This document shows positions 27,601 through 36,719 of a stretch of 64,000 bases of DNA, piece by piece. Every line of letters begins with the position of its first letter. The stretch's first letter is position 1. Made by a program: the position numbers and the translations under genes. The DNA is taken from positions 64,001 to 128,000 of the IMG/VR virus record IMGVR_UViG_3300033076_001139; one strand, written 5' to 3'. Origin of the DNA: a virus (lineage: Duplodnaviria > Caudoviricetes). A model generated the notes under the pieces. It was not told the DNA's origin. It searched no databases and saw only the letters and a list, made by a program, of their open reading frames with translations.

Positions 27601-30600
27601 ATTCTTGTCGTGCCGGTGGCTCAGTTTGAAATTTGCCTACCCGGAGAGATGTTTGACGGGTGCAACAACGTGTTTGTTGCCCTCCCGGAGTTTGATTGGG
27701 AGGCCCTCCTTGCAACGACGGATACATTCGCAGAGGCGGTCAGCAAATATACGACGGGCCAGCTTTTCGGCCCCCCTCCTGCGCTAGCAACGGCCAAGCC
27801 CGGTGACGTTGTGTCTTTGCTTGCCGGCGCAAACGAGGGCCAGTACTCGATACACTCGGTCAAGAACTATAAAGTCGGCACTGCTGGGGCAATTGTTTCT
27901 GGTACGACCGACTTTACCAAGTTCTACCCAGTTACGGCGGTCGTGATTGACGGGGAGTTCCCAGTAGCCGCGTTTGGGGACCTAGCCTCTTTCTTTGCTG
28001 ACGGGATTCCAGACCTTGCAGCACTGCCGGTTCCCAACGATTTCCCAGGCATCTCTTACGATGAGACGGGGATGATCCAGTCTCCTTGGGACTGGATTGG
28101 GCAGTTCCTTACGTGGCTGTTCCGATTCCTAGACTCGATGGGCTTTGATCTCCCAGAGACGTTTAGTATCGACCCTGCGGAGACCATCAAAACGCTCTGG
28201 CAGATGCTGTTTACGGAGTACCGAGTCGGTCGCCGTACGGCAGACCAGACTGTCCGACTCTATTTTCAGGAGCCAACTTCCATTTCAGTTTTTGGTCCTC
28301 GGCCGTGTCGTAGATTCGTTTACGACGAGCCTGTGTACGCCCCAGCATCGATAACAACGACATATACGGCTACTACTATACCAAGCACTCCGACAGGGGG
28401 CGTTATCTCTGTCGAGTACACGGCTATGTCAACCCCTGCTGCGGCAGGGTATCTGCTCACCGTTGAAGTACACACCAACGTCGTTGACGGCGGCTATACC
28501 GGTGTTTCTGGGACCTATACGGCCGCTGCGGGAGACCTCAACAAGACCGCCGAAGAACTAGCTCCACTTATTCAGGCGCAGATCGATCCCTCGGGCAGCT
28601 TTGTGCTTATCACGGGCTCTGCCGGGACAATTACGTTTGAGTCGGTTGCAAAAGGAAGTGATGTACAGACCCTGATCTCTCTCACAGACTTTACGACTGC
28701 GGGTGTCTTTCCATCGGACATGGAGACTCTTGGGACGGGGACAACTCCACCAACGGGAGTACTTACCGTTGCAGTGATGTCCACCTACGCCAACAACTCT
28801 GGCACCTTTACAGCTGTTGCAGGGGACTTAAATAAGCCCGCTGCGGAACTTGCCGCGCTGATACAAACAGCAGTGGATGCGTCGCGCCTGTTTGTACTAG
28901 TAAGTGCGAATATTGCCACAAACGAGATTACTTTTGCCTCGGCGGAGAAGGGACAAGACGTCGTGCTGCTGCTGTCGTGCGGCGACTTTGTAGATGCAGG
29001 GGTGTTCTCGATGGACACAGAGACCTCCGCTACTGGCTCTAGCACCGCAGGTACGGTGATTACTCAAATCTACGAGCCGCATGCGCCGACGCTGTTCTCG
29101 GTCCCTGTGGGGTCGGAGCAGTTGCTATTTACGGCGTCTGCGGACGTTGCCCCTGTGCGCCTGTTCCCAAGCGCACAGGAAGTAGCAGGAGAGGATCCTC
29201 CGTTGCTGCCACGGGACTGCCGTATCCCTACAGCGCATACGGATGCTACAGCGCTACGGCTGACGTTTACGGAGCAGAATGGCGAGTCCTGGTTCTACCG
29301 TGGTCTTGAGCAAGGAGATCTTTTCCAGCTCTTTGAGCAAAAAGTAATGCTCAAGCCCACGCTAGACCCTGTGCCTGGCGGGGCTCTGGAGCGGTTTCCT
29401 GCCTTGATCACCACGGCCGGCTCCGCCAGCGTGCGGCTACCTGCACTCTACTCCCCAGAGTTCACATTCCTTACCCCAGCTCGCTGGATGGATGAGGACG
29501 TATTTGACTCGTTTGACGTCGTGCAGGTGGGGGACCTCCTCTACATTGAAGAGGGTGACGACACAGGCGTTTACCGTATCAGCAGCCGAGTATCCGCAAG
29601 TGAACTAGTGCTAGATAGGCCGCTTACGACCAGCAGCGGCACTGTCTACTTTAGCGGCAACAGAAGCGAAGTAGACATTTCGGACCCGCTAATTACAAAC
29701 CGCGTTGTTGTACGAAGCGTCGGAGGGACGCTGAACTCTTCGTACGTGGGTAAGTACCTAACAATCTGGGGATCTAACTACGCAGGGGTGGACGGCAGCT
29801 ACGAAATCACCGCCATCAGCGCCGTGGATGACGGGTACCAGCTTACGTTAGCTTCCGCGGATCTACAAAACCCGGAGATGGGACTTCACTGGGCTATTGT
29901 TCGCGCACCAAACACAACCCCTGCCGATTCTGCCTTGGGAGGTAAGACCGAACTTGTAGGCGTACGCCCCTTCCGTATCTATTCTGGGCGCGCAAAAGAA
30001 TGGCCTGTTGTAGCCGTAGAGCGCACGCTCGATGCGTCTGCTTGCTCAGTGCTAATTTCCATTGCGGAGGAGATTACCTCCTCAGGCGCATCAGATCCTA
30101 CGGAGCCCACACCCCGCGCCCCGCGTTTTGGGTTCCGCCAACCTTACGGCTTTGTACGCAATAGCGCGCAGCACATCTCCTCCACCGGAATGATGACGCA
30201 GCGCGAGGGGACACTCTACTACTTTGACGTGGTAGCGCACTCCCTTGACTCTCGTGACTTGAACAACATTACCCGAGGCACGAGGCTAGAACCTGTATTC
30301 GGGACGTATGACTCTGACGGCTACTACCTGACCGTGAGCGACGCGAACTACACGTTCTCTCCGCTGGAGCAGGTGCAGATAACCCTGACTCCTCGTATGC
30401 TCCCGGCGGGCAGGGATGACACAGCAGAAAACCTGCTTCTGATTGCCGGTAGGCGTGTCACAGTTCAGTATCAGCTAGCCCCGGCAGTCGCGCAGGTTCA
30501 GGATCTTCTGCGTAGCCAGGCCGATCGTGTGCTCTGCGCAAATCCTCTTGCACGTCATTTCTTGCCGTCGTACGTCTCGTTTACGGTCGCGCCCAGCGTA

Positions 30601-30942
30601 GTAGCCGAGGATGCGCAGCTCATCGCTACCAAGATCTCGGATTACATCGACGGCCTGTCGTCTACTCAGTATGTCGAGCTATCTAAGATCGAGGGCGTGA
30701 TGCAGTCGGGCGGGATCACGGACTACTCCCACCCGATCTACATGTACGCGGTAGCCCACGACCTAGACCGACGGCTTGTGTTGACAAGGTCGGAGAGCAG
30801 GATTGGGGACGTTATAAACCACAACGGAACCAACAAGATCACCTACTACATTCCCGGCCCGTCGGGCACTAGCGCCCCGACTGGAGCAGGCGAAGCAATC
30901 ACAGTCCTCTCTACTGGGACAGCTACGGCGACTCTACAGTGA
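24622..30942 (+). CDS. Giant baseplate J (gp6-like) wedge protein, 2106 aa
   Basis: DALAANFFVSRR.G.KA.G.V, GAQYNIGPNQLT, FAGASDRETNVELLTRV are Baseplate_J N-terminal motifs, followed by many inserted beta domains. Confidence 0.8.
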   Translation: MATQAERVQELLIQRLETYYSGRTIAPGTSLYDTVVTPVANYLGVDATDTDIAEFLKTRLRQEYPSVSAEDGDAIVDLLINPLSLLLEALKRETALIKLGQSVQSAVSMRESDADALAANFFVSRRVGGKAYGVVRVYYANPTSVFVGVNARWTTADGLVFQPVTSQTFPAEQLLLQRAGNYYYIDVSLVSADTGAQYNIGPNQLTSVTGLSGYVKFTNLAAFAGASDRETNVELLTRVRSALTERSLNTRRGIVSRIQGQFPSVRAVEVVGYGDPEMRRDVVTGTSEGHAVASGTCFIVGQFCLMLSQFEDRGRDGTTTIKVGDTVALNYWNLLYSLPQAARNEEFKIADIVFDTRDTLPDIPSILLFRLDSAPSPESSTLGMLPGMLPGVFCVVRSNTKITISGIPGGIQEPQTPAGELEIFDNEVHIGGHYDVWLRPSIDQSATATFGQMLSNSSVAEGRQLSTFGGADTGRNVVSIPYSVSFRDGFSSSSTIFTPGTAVVGSRSGATATVATASIIRATGSVTLTAVTGAFEVGEEITNVAATAGGTITYVSSDLQTLGARAGMTIVLLTGADVGSYRILDVVGELVYLDTDLTESETQIHFRVLSEITEDLFAPKVVLVPFADALGDDLSTVVGSQRLRLTTDLQQYGVVPGDSIEIFGGNDAGVYAIQSFDTVLGGTAPIVSSAMSASNSKLAYRVYRAGTGVQRPLVRIKPEGVRLLDSAGKDANIVVPYALPLGAYALGDFSGAKEGLTGRNGFVLPDPGTSWTPTADLTASRDEFSEALSCYSDECIPCDGYIAVVTLMANGQFYLNSNMPTAVKEFFRNMQNWLLNVVDQFNIGPDAKAFVHGLTPITFGSPVDATEFTSTDGTLRAGETLTVGSVSATISDIEQELVVASTAGFKDGETVTQGSMTGSIRVTSPTTLSVSSITGPAADAFRVGTPVTGGATGTTQTLTGVRGRFVVAGMTGGSIASGDTVSATATGVQATITILVVPVAQFEICLPGEMFDGCNNVFVALPEFDWEALLATTDTFAEAVSKYTTGQLFGPPPALATAKPGDVVSLLAGANEGQYSIHSVKNYKVGTAGAIVSGTTDFTKFYPVTAVVIDGEFPVAAFGDLASFFADGIPDLAALPVPNDFPGISYDETGMIQSPWDWIGQFLTWLFRFLDSMGFDLPETFSIDPAETIKTLWQMLFTEYRVGRRTADQTVRLYFQEPTSISVFGPRPCRRFVYDEPVYAPASITTTYTATTIPSTPTGGVISVEYTAMSTPAAAGYLLTVEVHTNVVDGGYTGVSGTYTAAAGDLNKTAEELAPLIQAQIDPSGSFVLITGSAGTITFESVAKGSDVQTLISLTDFTTAGVFPSDMETLGTGTTPPTGVLTVAVMSTYANNSGTFTAVAGDLNKPAAELAALIQTAVDASRLFVLVSANIATNEITFASAEKGQDVVLLLSCGDFVDAGVFSMDTETSATGSSTAGTVITQIYEPHAPTLFSVPVGSEQLLFTASADVAPVRLFPSAQEVAGEDPPLLPRDCRIPTAHTDATALRLTFTEQNGESWFYRGLEQGDLFQLFEQKVMLKPTLDPVPGGALERFPALITTAGSASVRLPALYSPEFTFLTPARWMDEDVFDSFDVVQVGDLLYIEEGDDTGVYRISSRVSASELVLDRPLTTSSGTVYFSGNRSEVDISDPLITNRVVVRSVGGTLNSSYVGKYLTIWGSNYAGVDGSYEITAISAVDDGYQLTLASADLQNPEMGLHWAIVRAPNTTPADSALGGKTELVGVRPFRIYSGRAKEWPVVAVERTLDASACSVLISIAEEITSSGASDPTEPTPRAPRFGFRQPYGFVRNSAQHISSTGMMTQREGTLYYFDVVAHSLDSRDLNNITRGTRLEPVFGTYDSDGYYLTVSDANYTFSPLEQVQITLTPRMLPAGRDDTAENLLLIAGRRVTVQYQLAPAVAQVQDLLRSQADRVLCANPLARHFLPSYVSFTVAPSVVAEDAQLIATKISDYIDGLSSTQYVELSKIEGVMQSGGITDYSHPIYMYAVAHDLDRRLVLTRSESRIGDVINHNGTNKITYYIPGPSGTSAPTGAGEAITVLSTGTATATLQ
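28507..29037 (+). repeat. Intragenic tandem duplication of a domain of about 95 aa
   Basis: SGTYTAAAGDLNKTAEELAPLIQ...AGVF versus SGTFTAVAGDLNKPAAELAALIQ...AGVF. Confidence 0.85.
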
Positions 30943-31171
30943 CCTTCCGGCAGTACCCGCACCTCCCTTGGTACACGAGGCCTTTGCCCCGAAACAGTAC
31001 TTCGGGCTTGGGGTGCGGCACTGGTTGGAGGTAATTACCGCAGGCCGGGCACGTTACTTGGCGTATCCGAGCCTTCTCCGCGTCGTTCGCCTGAGAAACG
31101 CCTTCAATGCTGCTTTTGTGGTCCTTGAGTAAATCAAGCAGAAGATCGGCAGGAAGGGGAGTGAATTCCAC
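30923..31171 (-). CDS. Small zinc-ribbon protein antisense to the tail operon
   Basis: GGAG RBS with GTG start; CPACG...CGYC; occupies the only gap between two giant genes. Confidence 0.7.
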   Translation of the reverse strand: MEFTPLPADLLLDLLKDHKSSIEGVSQANDAEKARIRQVTCPACGNYLQPVPHPKPEVLFRGKGLVYQGRCGYCRKVTVESP

Positions 31172-31207
31172 TGAAACTCCAATAGAATGCGGTGGAGAGG
31201 AGCGCAG

Positions 31208-34200
31208 ATGTCGGTCAGTATCGTACTAGCCCCAGCCGAGTTCGTTACGAGCCCGGGGGTTGCTGTCCGCCTTAACGCGTCGTCCTCGTACGATAGTGGC
31301 GGTGAAGTCATCAGTTTTACGTGGGAGTTTACGCAGATCCCCGTAGGCAGCCGCCTTACAGCAGCAGACATCGCATCTGCTGATCTTGAAAACAGCGTCG
31401 TCATCTTCACCCCAGACCAGGTGGGGACCTACGTCGTACAGCTGACGATTGAGAACGAAAGCGGCGCAACAGCCGTGGCAACCTCTACGGTAATGAGCCA
31501 GTACTCCCTTGGGTTTACCAAGGAGCCTACGACTCCCGATGCGTCGTACGTGTTCTCCCTCATTCCAGACTTCTGGAAGAGCGTCGCAAACAACGAGGTC
31601 TTCTCAGTCCTGTGGTCTGGCTATACGCAGGTGGTCGGTACGGACATTTCGCGTGCCTACCAGAACAGCGATGCTAAGTCACTAGCCACAGTCCGAGGCC
31701 TGTACGAGCGCCGGTGGCTCCCGTATCACCCGTTCTACTCGCTAGAGGGGGTAAACTACACGGCAATCGTTGGGGACGTTCAAGGCGGCCTAGGTGCGCG
31801 GACTACGGATGATTCGCAAGCCGCAACTGCCGTCGTAATCAGCCATCAAGAACTCCTGCTGTTGGGTGACGTACCGTCGGAGCGAGCCGTTGGGCAGCAA
31901 GTGGTCATCTCCTCCGGCGGAAACGCAGGAAGCTACTCCGTTCTTCGCGTGAACTCAGACAACACAGGATACGTTGTTCAGCGCAGTTCTTTGTCTCCCG
32001 CCGCAGACACCATTACGGCTGGATCAGATCTCTATGGCGTACGGACGTCCCCAGTATTTACCTCTGCAACAGTCGACTTTGTAGCCGCTGGTGTCGTAGC
32101 CGGGGATGTTCTTAAGCTCGTAGCAGGGGCCGACTCCGGCTACTACATCGTGCAAAAGGTTGGCCTGGCAGATGGTCTGTTGAGCGACCGACAGGTTCAA
32201 ATAGAGACCTCCCTGATTCGCAACAGAACCGGACTGTCGTTCACGGTTCTGCGTCCGTGCGCTCTATCGGTAGACTTCCCGGGTGCGGCCTACTCAACCC
32301 GCGTCTACCTGCCCACCGCAGAGGCAGACCTAGCTAAGTACCAGGCCCCCACATTCTCGGGCTCGGGAAACGTCCGTGGGTCCTATGAGATCGCGGTCGC
32401 ACCACGCCACGTCTTTGACTCCATGGTCGGCAAGCAGATCCTTGTCACTTCTGGGCCAGATGGTGGAGCAACTTTTGTAATCAGTGGAATAAATGGGGCA
32501 AGAGACGGGTACTTCTTGTCCTCAGCCTTATCGGCTGGGCCAGGGGCGTCCTTCTCTTACGTGCTCTCCGCGCCCTACGAGATCACAGATAGGCTGATAA
32601 CGGTTGGCGGGGTCACCGCGCCTATCCTCGGAGCAACTCTATCTGGGTCCGACTGGGTAATCACGGTCCCTTCTGAAACGGTGCCTGCGGGTCTGTCCAG
32701 CGCAGCGTGGTACATCGGCCACGTATGCACGCTGACGGGGACAGACATTGAAGAGCAAGGCGCAAGCCCTGGGGATGTTCTAGTTCTCACCGCGCGGGAA
32801 ACACGCACAGGGTACGCAACAGAGATCTCGGCTGCGGTGTTGGGCGCGTATGCAAACAAAGTCATGTTTGCTAACGGCACCCGCATGCCGACTTTGTTTT
32901 CCGGCAGCCCAGCTATCTCAGAGTTTACTGATGCGGAGAAGTACAAGTTCTTCAACGACTTGCTCGTTCCGACGGCCTCCTACGATGCGGCAACTGAAAC
33001 TGTCACGCTATCCCGGGTAGCTCTTTCCGTAGCGGCCGAAATAGGCTCGTTAGCCTTTCAGACGCGCAACTACAATTTGCCCCTCAGCGATGAGACGATA
33101 ATTACGGCCGATGCCGTGTCAGTCGTAGTCACGCTTGGCGGGTTGCTTCGCAATACGAAGATCAAAGTAGATAACTACCTGCGCAGTGCCCCCGCCTTGT
33201 TCGAGTACATACGAGATCCCGTGTTCCAGCAAAATGGGGCTTCCTTCACGGTAGCTGCACAGGACGGCACAACGACAGATCTCGCTCGTGCTCCAGCGGT
33301 GCTCCAGCATAACGACGAGTATGTCATCGACTATGACCTAGTTCTAAGGGGCTCCGACGCTTCGGTTATAGCCGGCGCAGACACTGTCACAATCCCAGAC
33401 ATCCGGCTTCTGAGCATCGGCGTCACAGCAGGCGACATGCTTAAGTTGCGGATTGGCTCTGCTTTTGGGAACTACGTAATCTGCAAGGTAACTGGGGAAG
33501 CAACGGTTGTGGTTAGGCCCACAGTGGGGGCGTCTACGACCTTTACGGCCACGAAAACGGGGCTTCATTACGAGATCGTTCGCAGGAAGGACTTTAACTT
33601 CCTTCGTATGCTGCCAGGGGTGTTCTCCAGTGCCCATGCAGCGCCTCGGCATCTTTGGGCAGAAATCTCCCTATTCGACAACTCACCCACTATTGAAGCC
33701 AACTTTGGAACTCTCGTAGGCATCACTAAGGCCGAGCTGGACGCGTACGGTACCTCTCAGGATTCCTACCTCACCGTGGTGCGGGGGCTTGCATATGGGC
33801 TGACGCACGGTCCCACCCTACTAAACGTAGTGACCTCCGCAAACTTGTTGCTTGGTGTCCCGGTTTCTCCAAAGACTGGAATTGTCTACGACATAGATGA
33901 GGAGTTTTCAGTCTCGCACGGCCGTATGACATTACAAGACATCTCTGACGACGGCATCCCTCAGGCGTCGTATCGGTCGTTCCTATACGCGCGGGAAGGG
34001 CACGCAGCTCCTGGGTTCTACGGGCTGGCCGTAAACCCGTTGACCGGTGCCTCCCTGTCCGTAGGGGATGTGGTCTTAGACAATCAGATCCTTTCGAGGG
34101 CTGTGGCCGTTACGGATTACGTAGATGATCCGAACTGGTGGCGTCGTTACGGATCGCTGAGCGGAAGAGAGCTAGAGAAGTACCATTCTTGGGAGGTCGT

Positions 34201-35911
34201 GGGAGACCTACTACAGATCCCGTCGGAGGACTTATCCCTCGTTACCGATTTCATGATGATGGCGCGGCCCGTCTATACACGGCCAAATGTCGTCGGTCTT
34301 CTCTACATAGTCGATGACGTAACGGTAGAGGACGACGTCTACTTTGACGGCACACTGCTTCTGTTTGACGATCCCGCGTTCAGCGTAGAGTCTACGCACA
34401 TGGTGGACGACTACGACGAGAGTAGCGTCTCGCTACGAACGCTAGACGTAGGCTCGTTCGGTACGCGAGTACTGTTCAGGGGCAGGGACCTGTCTACCGT
34501 CGGTGGTACGGGCAGTGGACTACTATCCGTGACCTCGGCCCGCGGTGGATTTGTTGAGCCGCTGACCTCTGCCGTCAACGGCTATTTCTCTTCTGTAGAA
34601 ACGCGAGGTGCTGGGTTTGTGAAGGGTGCGCAAGACGTCGTCAAGTTTCCTGGAGACGTTCTACGCATCCTTACTGGGCCAAATGCAGGAGTCTACGAAA
34701 TCCAAGAGGTCGTCAGCGACACTGAGTTAGTCGTTCGGGCCTTCGGTACGTACTTCTTCGCGGAAACAGGGGTTGAGGGACCAAACCCAGATGAGGCCTC
34801 CCCTGCGGACAATCAAGAGTTCACGATCCAACGCCTAAACGGCATGCTGGTTGCCTATGGCTCCGGTACTGTGCTGAACGGCTCACCCAGCATCTTTGAT
34901 AACTCCGGCAACTTCATCGTTAACAACGTCACCGTCGGAGATGTTGTGCTCGTCATTGACTCTGTCGGGGATGCGGTCGAGCGTTCGGTGCTGGATGTGG
35001 TTCGTGCGGCATCAGGAACGCAAGACTCGACAGAGATTGTTCTTAGCAAGGAGTTCCTCTCCGACGACGTAGTTGAGTACTACGTTTACCGAGAAGCTCT
35101 ATTTCAGAACCCGTTGCTGATTACCGACAAGGCAAGCACAAACGGGACTTCTGTAATCTCGACCCTTGGGCATCAAGGGTCTTTCCTGCGCGCCGGGGAC
35201 ATCCTTGAGATTGTCATGGGAGACCCCGCCGATATAGGTAAAACGTTTGAGATTGCTGGTATCCCCAACCCCGACGACATTATCGTGCTGCTTGGCTCGC
35301 AGACCCTCGCCACCGTCTCAAACGTGGCCATCAAGGTTACTCGCCCTTCGCTAGTCAACGCTGAAGACTCAGACTCCGCACTTGAGACACTATGGACGGG
35401 CGAAGAGACTACGTTTGACGTAATGAACCCTGTTGCGATTGTTGTGCCAGAGGGGGTCGTAACTGACGCAGTAGTGAGCGTATCCGCAAGCTCAGTGACC
35501 TCCGCGACGGACTTTGCCGCTGCGGGCGTAACCTCGGGAATGCGTGTGCAGTTTCCTGCCTCTTCTCCAAACGCCGGCGTCTACGAGATCGCCACTGTCA
35601 GTACGACAACTCTGACGCTGGCAACTCCGCCAAACGCAGATGAGTCAGGTGCCGACCTGACGGTCGTAGAAAACTCCGTCGAGTTCATTGTAGACGGGGT
35701 GGGTAACGTCACCTCCGTATCTGGATACAACTTCTTGGGGGATCTCAGCTACGATCCTTTCGTGGCAAGCCTAAGCCCCGGCGACATCTTCGAGTACGAG
35801 GGGATTCAAGTTATGATCGCAGATGTCTCTGCGACTAGCTTTCACCTTTGCTGGATACCTCCCTTTGCGGGGACGTATACTGGTCGGGTCTTCAGAACAC
35901 GAAGGACATGA
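31208..35911 (+). CDS. Large baseplate/tail protein with N-terminal PKD-like domain
   Basis: GAGGAG RBS; LNASSSYD..FTWEF..P..S..FTPDQVGTYVVQLTI; gpI-like segment VRGLAYGLTHGPT..NV...LLGVP. Confidence 0.65.
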   Translation: MSVSIVLAPAEFVTSPGVAVRLNASSSYDSGGEVISFTWEFTQIPVGSRLTAADIASADLENSVVIFTPDQVGTYVVQLTIENESGATAVATSTVMSQYSLGFTKEPTTPDASYVFSLIPDFWKSVANNEVFSVLWSGYTQVVGTDISRAYQNSDAKSLATVRGLYERRWLPYHPFYSLEGVNYTAIVGDVQGGLGARTTDDSQAATAVVISHQELLLLGDVPSERAVGQQVVISSGGNAGSYSVLRVNSDNTGYVVQRSSLSPAADTITAGSDLYGVRTSPVFTSATVDFVAAGVVAGDVLKLVAGADSGYYIVQKVGLADGLLSDRQVQIETSLIRNRTGLSFTVLRPCALSVDFPGAAYSTRVYLPTAEADLAKYQAPTFSGSGNVRGSYEIAVAPRHVFDSMVGKQILVTSGPDGGATFVISGINGARDGYFLSSALSAGPGASFSYVLSAPYEITDRLITVGGVTAPILGATLSGSDWVITVPSETVPAGLSSAAWYIGHVCTLTGTDIEEQGASPGDVLVLTARETRTGYATEISAAVLGAYANKVMFANGTRMPTLFSGSPAISEFTDAEKYKFFNDLLVPTASYDAATETVTLSRVALSVAAEIGSLAFQTRNYNLPLSDETIITADAVSVVVTLGGLLRNTKIKVDNYLRSAPALFEYIRDPVFQQNGASFTVAAQDGTTTDLARAPAVLQHNDEYVIDYDLVLRGSDASVIAGADTVTIPDIRLLSIGVTAGDMLKLRIGSAFGNYVICKVTGEATVVVRPTVGASTTFTATKTGLHYEIVRRKDFNFLRMLPGVFSSAHAAPRHLWAEISLFDNSPTIEANFGTLVGITKAELDAYGTSQDSYLTVVRGLAYGLTHGPTLLNVVTSANLLLGVPVSPKTGIVYDIDEEFSVSHGRMTLQDISDDGIPQASYRSFLYAREGHAAPGFYGLAVNPLTGASLSVGDVVLDNQILSRAVAVTDYVDDPNWWRRYGSLSGRELEKYHSWEVVGDLLQIPSEDLSLVTDFMMMARPVYTRPNVVGLLYIVDDVTVEDDVYFDGTLLLFDDPAFSVESTHMVDDYDESSVSLRTLDVGSFGTRVLFRGRDLSTVGGTGSGLLSVTSARGGFVEPLTSAVNGYFSSVETRGAGFVKGAQDVVKFPGDVLRILTGPNAGVYEIQEVVSDTELVVRAFGTYFFAETGVEGPNPDEASPADNQEFTIQRLNGMLVAYGSGTVLNGSPSIFDNSGNFIVNNVTVGDVVLVIDSVGDAVERSVLDVVRAASGTQDSTEIVLSKEFLSDDVVEYYVYREALFQNPLLITDKASTNGTSVISTLGHQGSFLRAGDILEIVMGDPADIGKTFEIAGIPNPDDIIVLLGSQTLATVSNVAIKVTRPSLVNAEDSDSALETLWTGEETTFDVMNPVAIVVPEGVVTDAVVSVSASSVTSATDFAAAGVTSGMRVQFPASSPNAGVYEIATVSTTTLTLATPPNADESGADLTVVENSVEFIVDGVGNVTSVSGYNFLGDLSYDPFVASLSPGDIFEYEGIQVMIADVSATSFHLCWIPPFAGTYTGRVFRTRRT

Positions 35912-36105
35912 TGGGCGCGTTCTCTAAGTTCCTTGAGGCCCCTAGGGTAGTAGACAGCCTACGCATTGTGGGAAAAGGCCTGCTGCCGAAGACTTCCTCT
36001 GCAAAGTACACAATTAACGGCAAACTCCCTACTGCCGAAGACATCATGGCGCGTTTTGGGGTAGACAGGGAATACGCTGACGCGTTCCTCCGGAGAAATG
36101 CATGA
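35908..36105 (+). CDS. Small hypothetical protein (start 35908 or 35911)
   Basis: ATGA overlaps at both ends. Confidence 0.55.
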   Translation: MMGAFSKFLEAPRVVDSLRIVGKGLLPKTSSAKYTINGKLPTAEDIMARFGVDREYADAFLRRNA

Positions 36106-36719
36106 ACCCGCTTTTCAGGATCTTCTCGCCCTCCGTATGGCGCTCTGTCATCCACCATGACCCTATGGTGGAGGGGCGTTTTCGCGCGGAGACACGCGAG
36201 GGCGGAAAGCGGCGGCAGGTAGTTGAGGGTAAGAATATCTGGACGCTGACCGGCCGTGAATATCTGGCAGAGATGATTGCCCTTAGCTCCCGCAGCCCGC
36301 GCACTACGTTCCGAGAGGACCGCGTCTCGTACATCGGCCTAGGAATCGGCTCGCAAGCCGAAGTCGCAAACATCGAGTCTCTAGTAGACCCAGTTCCCTA
36401 CGCGACCGCCGAGTTTCTTGCGACTACGCAGACGCCTGCTCTGTTTCCGGCCTCGGGAACCGGAACTCCGATCACAAGCGTTCAGTTTGTGCGCGAGTTT
36501 GGAACTGACGAGATCAGCTACGACGGCTCCGCAGTTGTACTGACTGAGGCCGGGCTGTTTACCGACGGGGACCCCAATAATGACTGGGCTCTCGGCTCAC
36601 TAGACACGACGTTTGCGGTCGCCTCTGGGCGGGCCCCGGTTGCCTACAAGACTTTTGAGCCCATCACAAAGACCACGAGCTTTACCATGCGCGTGATCTG
36701 GGAGATTCGATTCGTATGA
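36102..36719 (+). CDS. Tail fibre-attachment/collar-like protein
   Basis: N.WTLTGRE.LA...YIGLG.G...LTEAGLF...AYKTFEPITKT..F...WEIRF, a pattern seen in myovirus tail-collar domains. Confidence 0.6.
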   Translation: MNPLFRIFSPSVWRSVIHHDPMVEGRFRAETREGGKRRQVVEGKNIWTLTGREYLAEMIALSSRSPRTTFREDRVSYIGLGIGSQAEVANIESLVDPVPYATAEFLATTQTPALFPASGTGTPITSVQFVREFGTDEISYDGSAVVLTEAGLFTDGDPNNDWALGSLDTTFAVASGRAPVAYKTFEPITKTTSFTMRVIWEIRFV

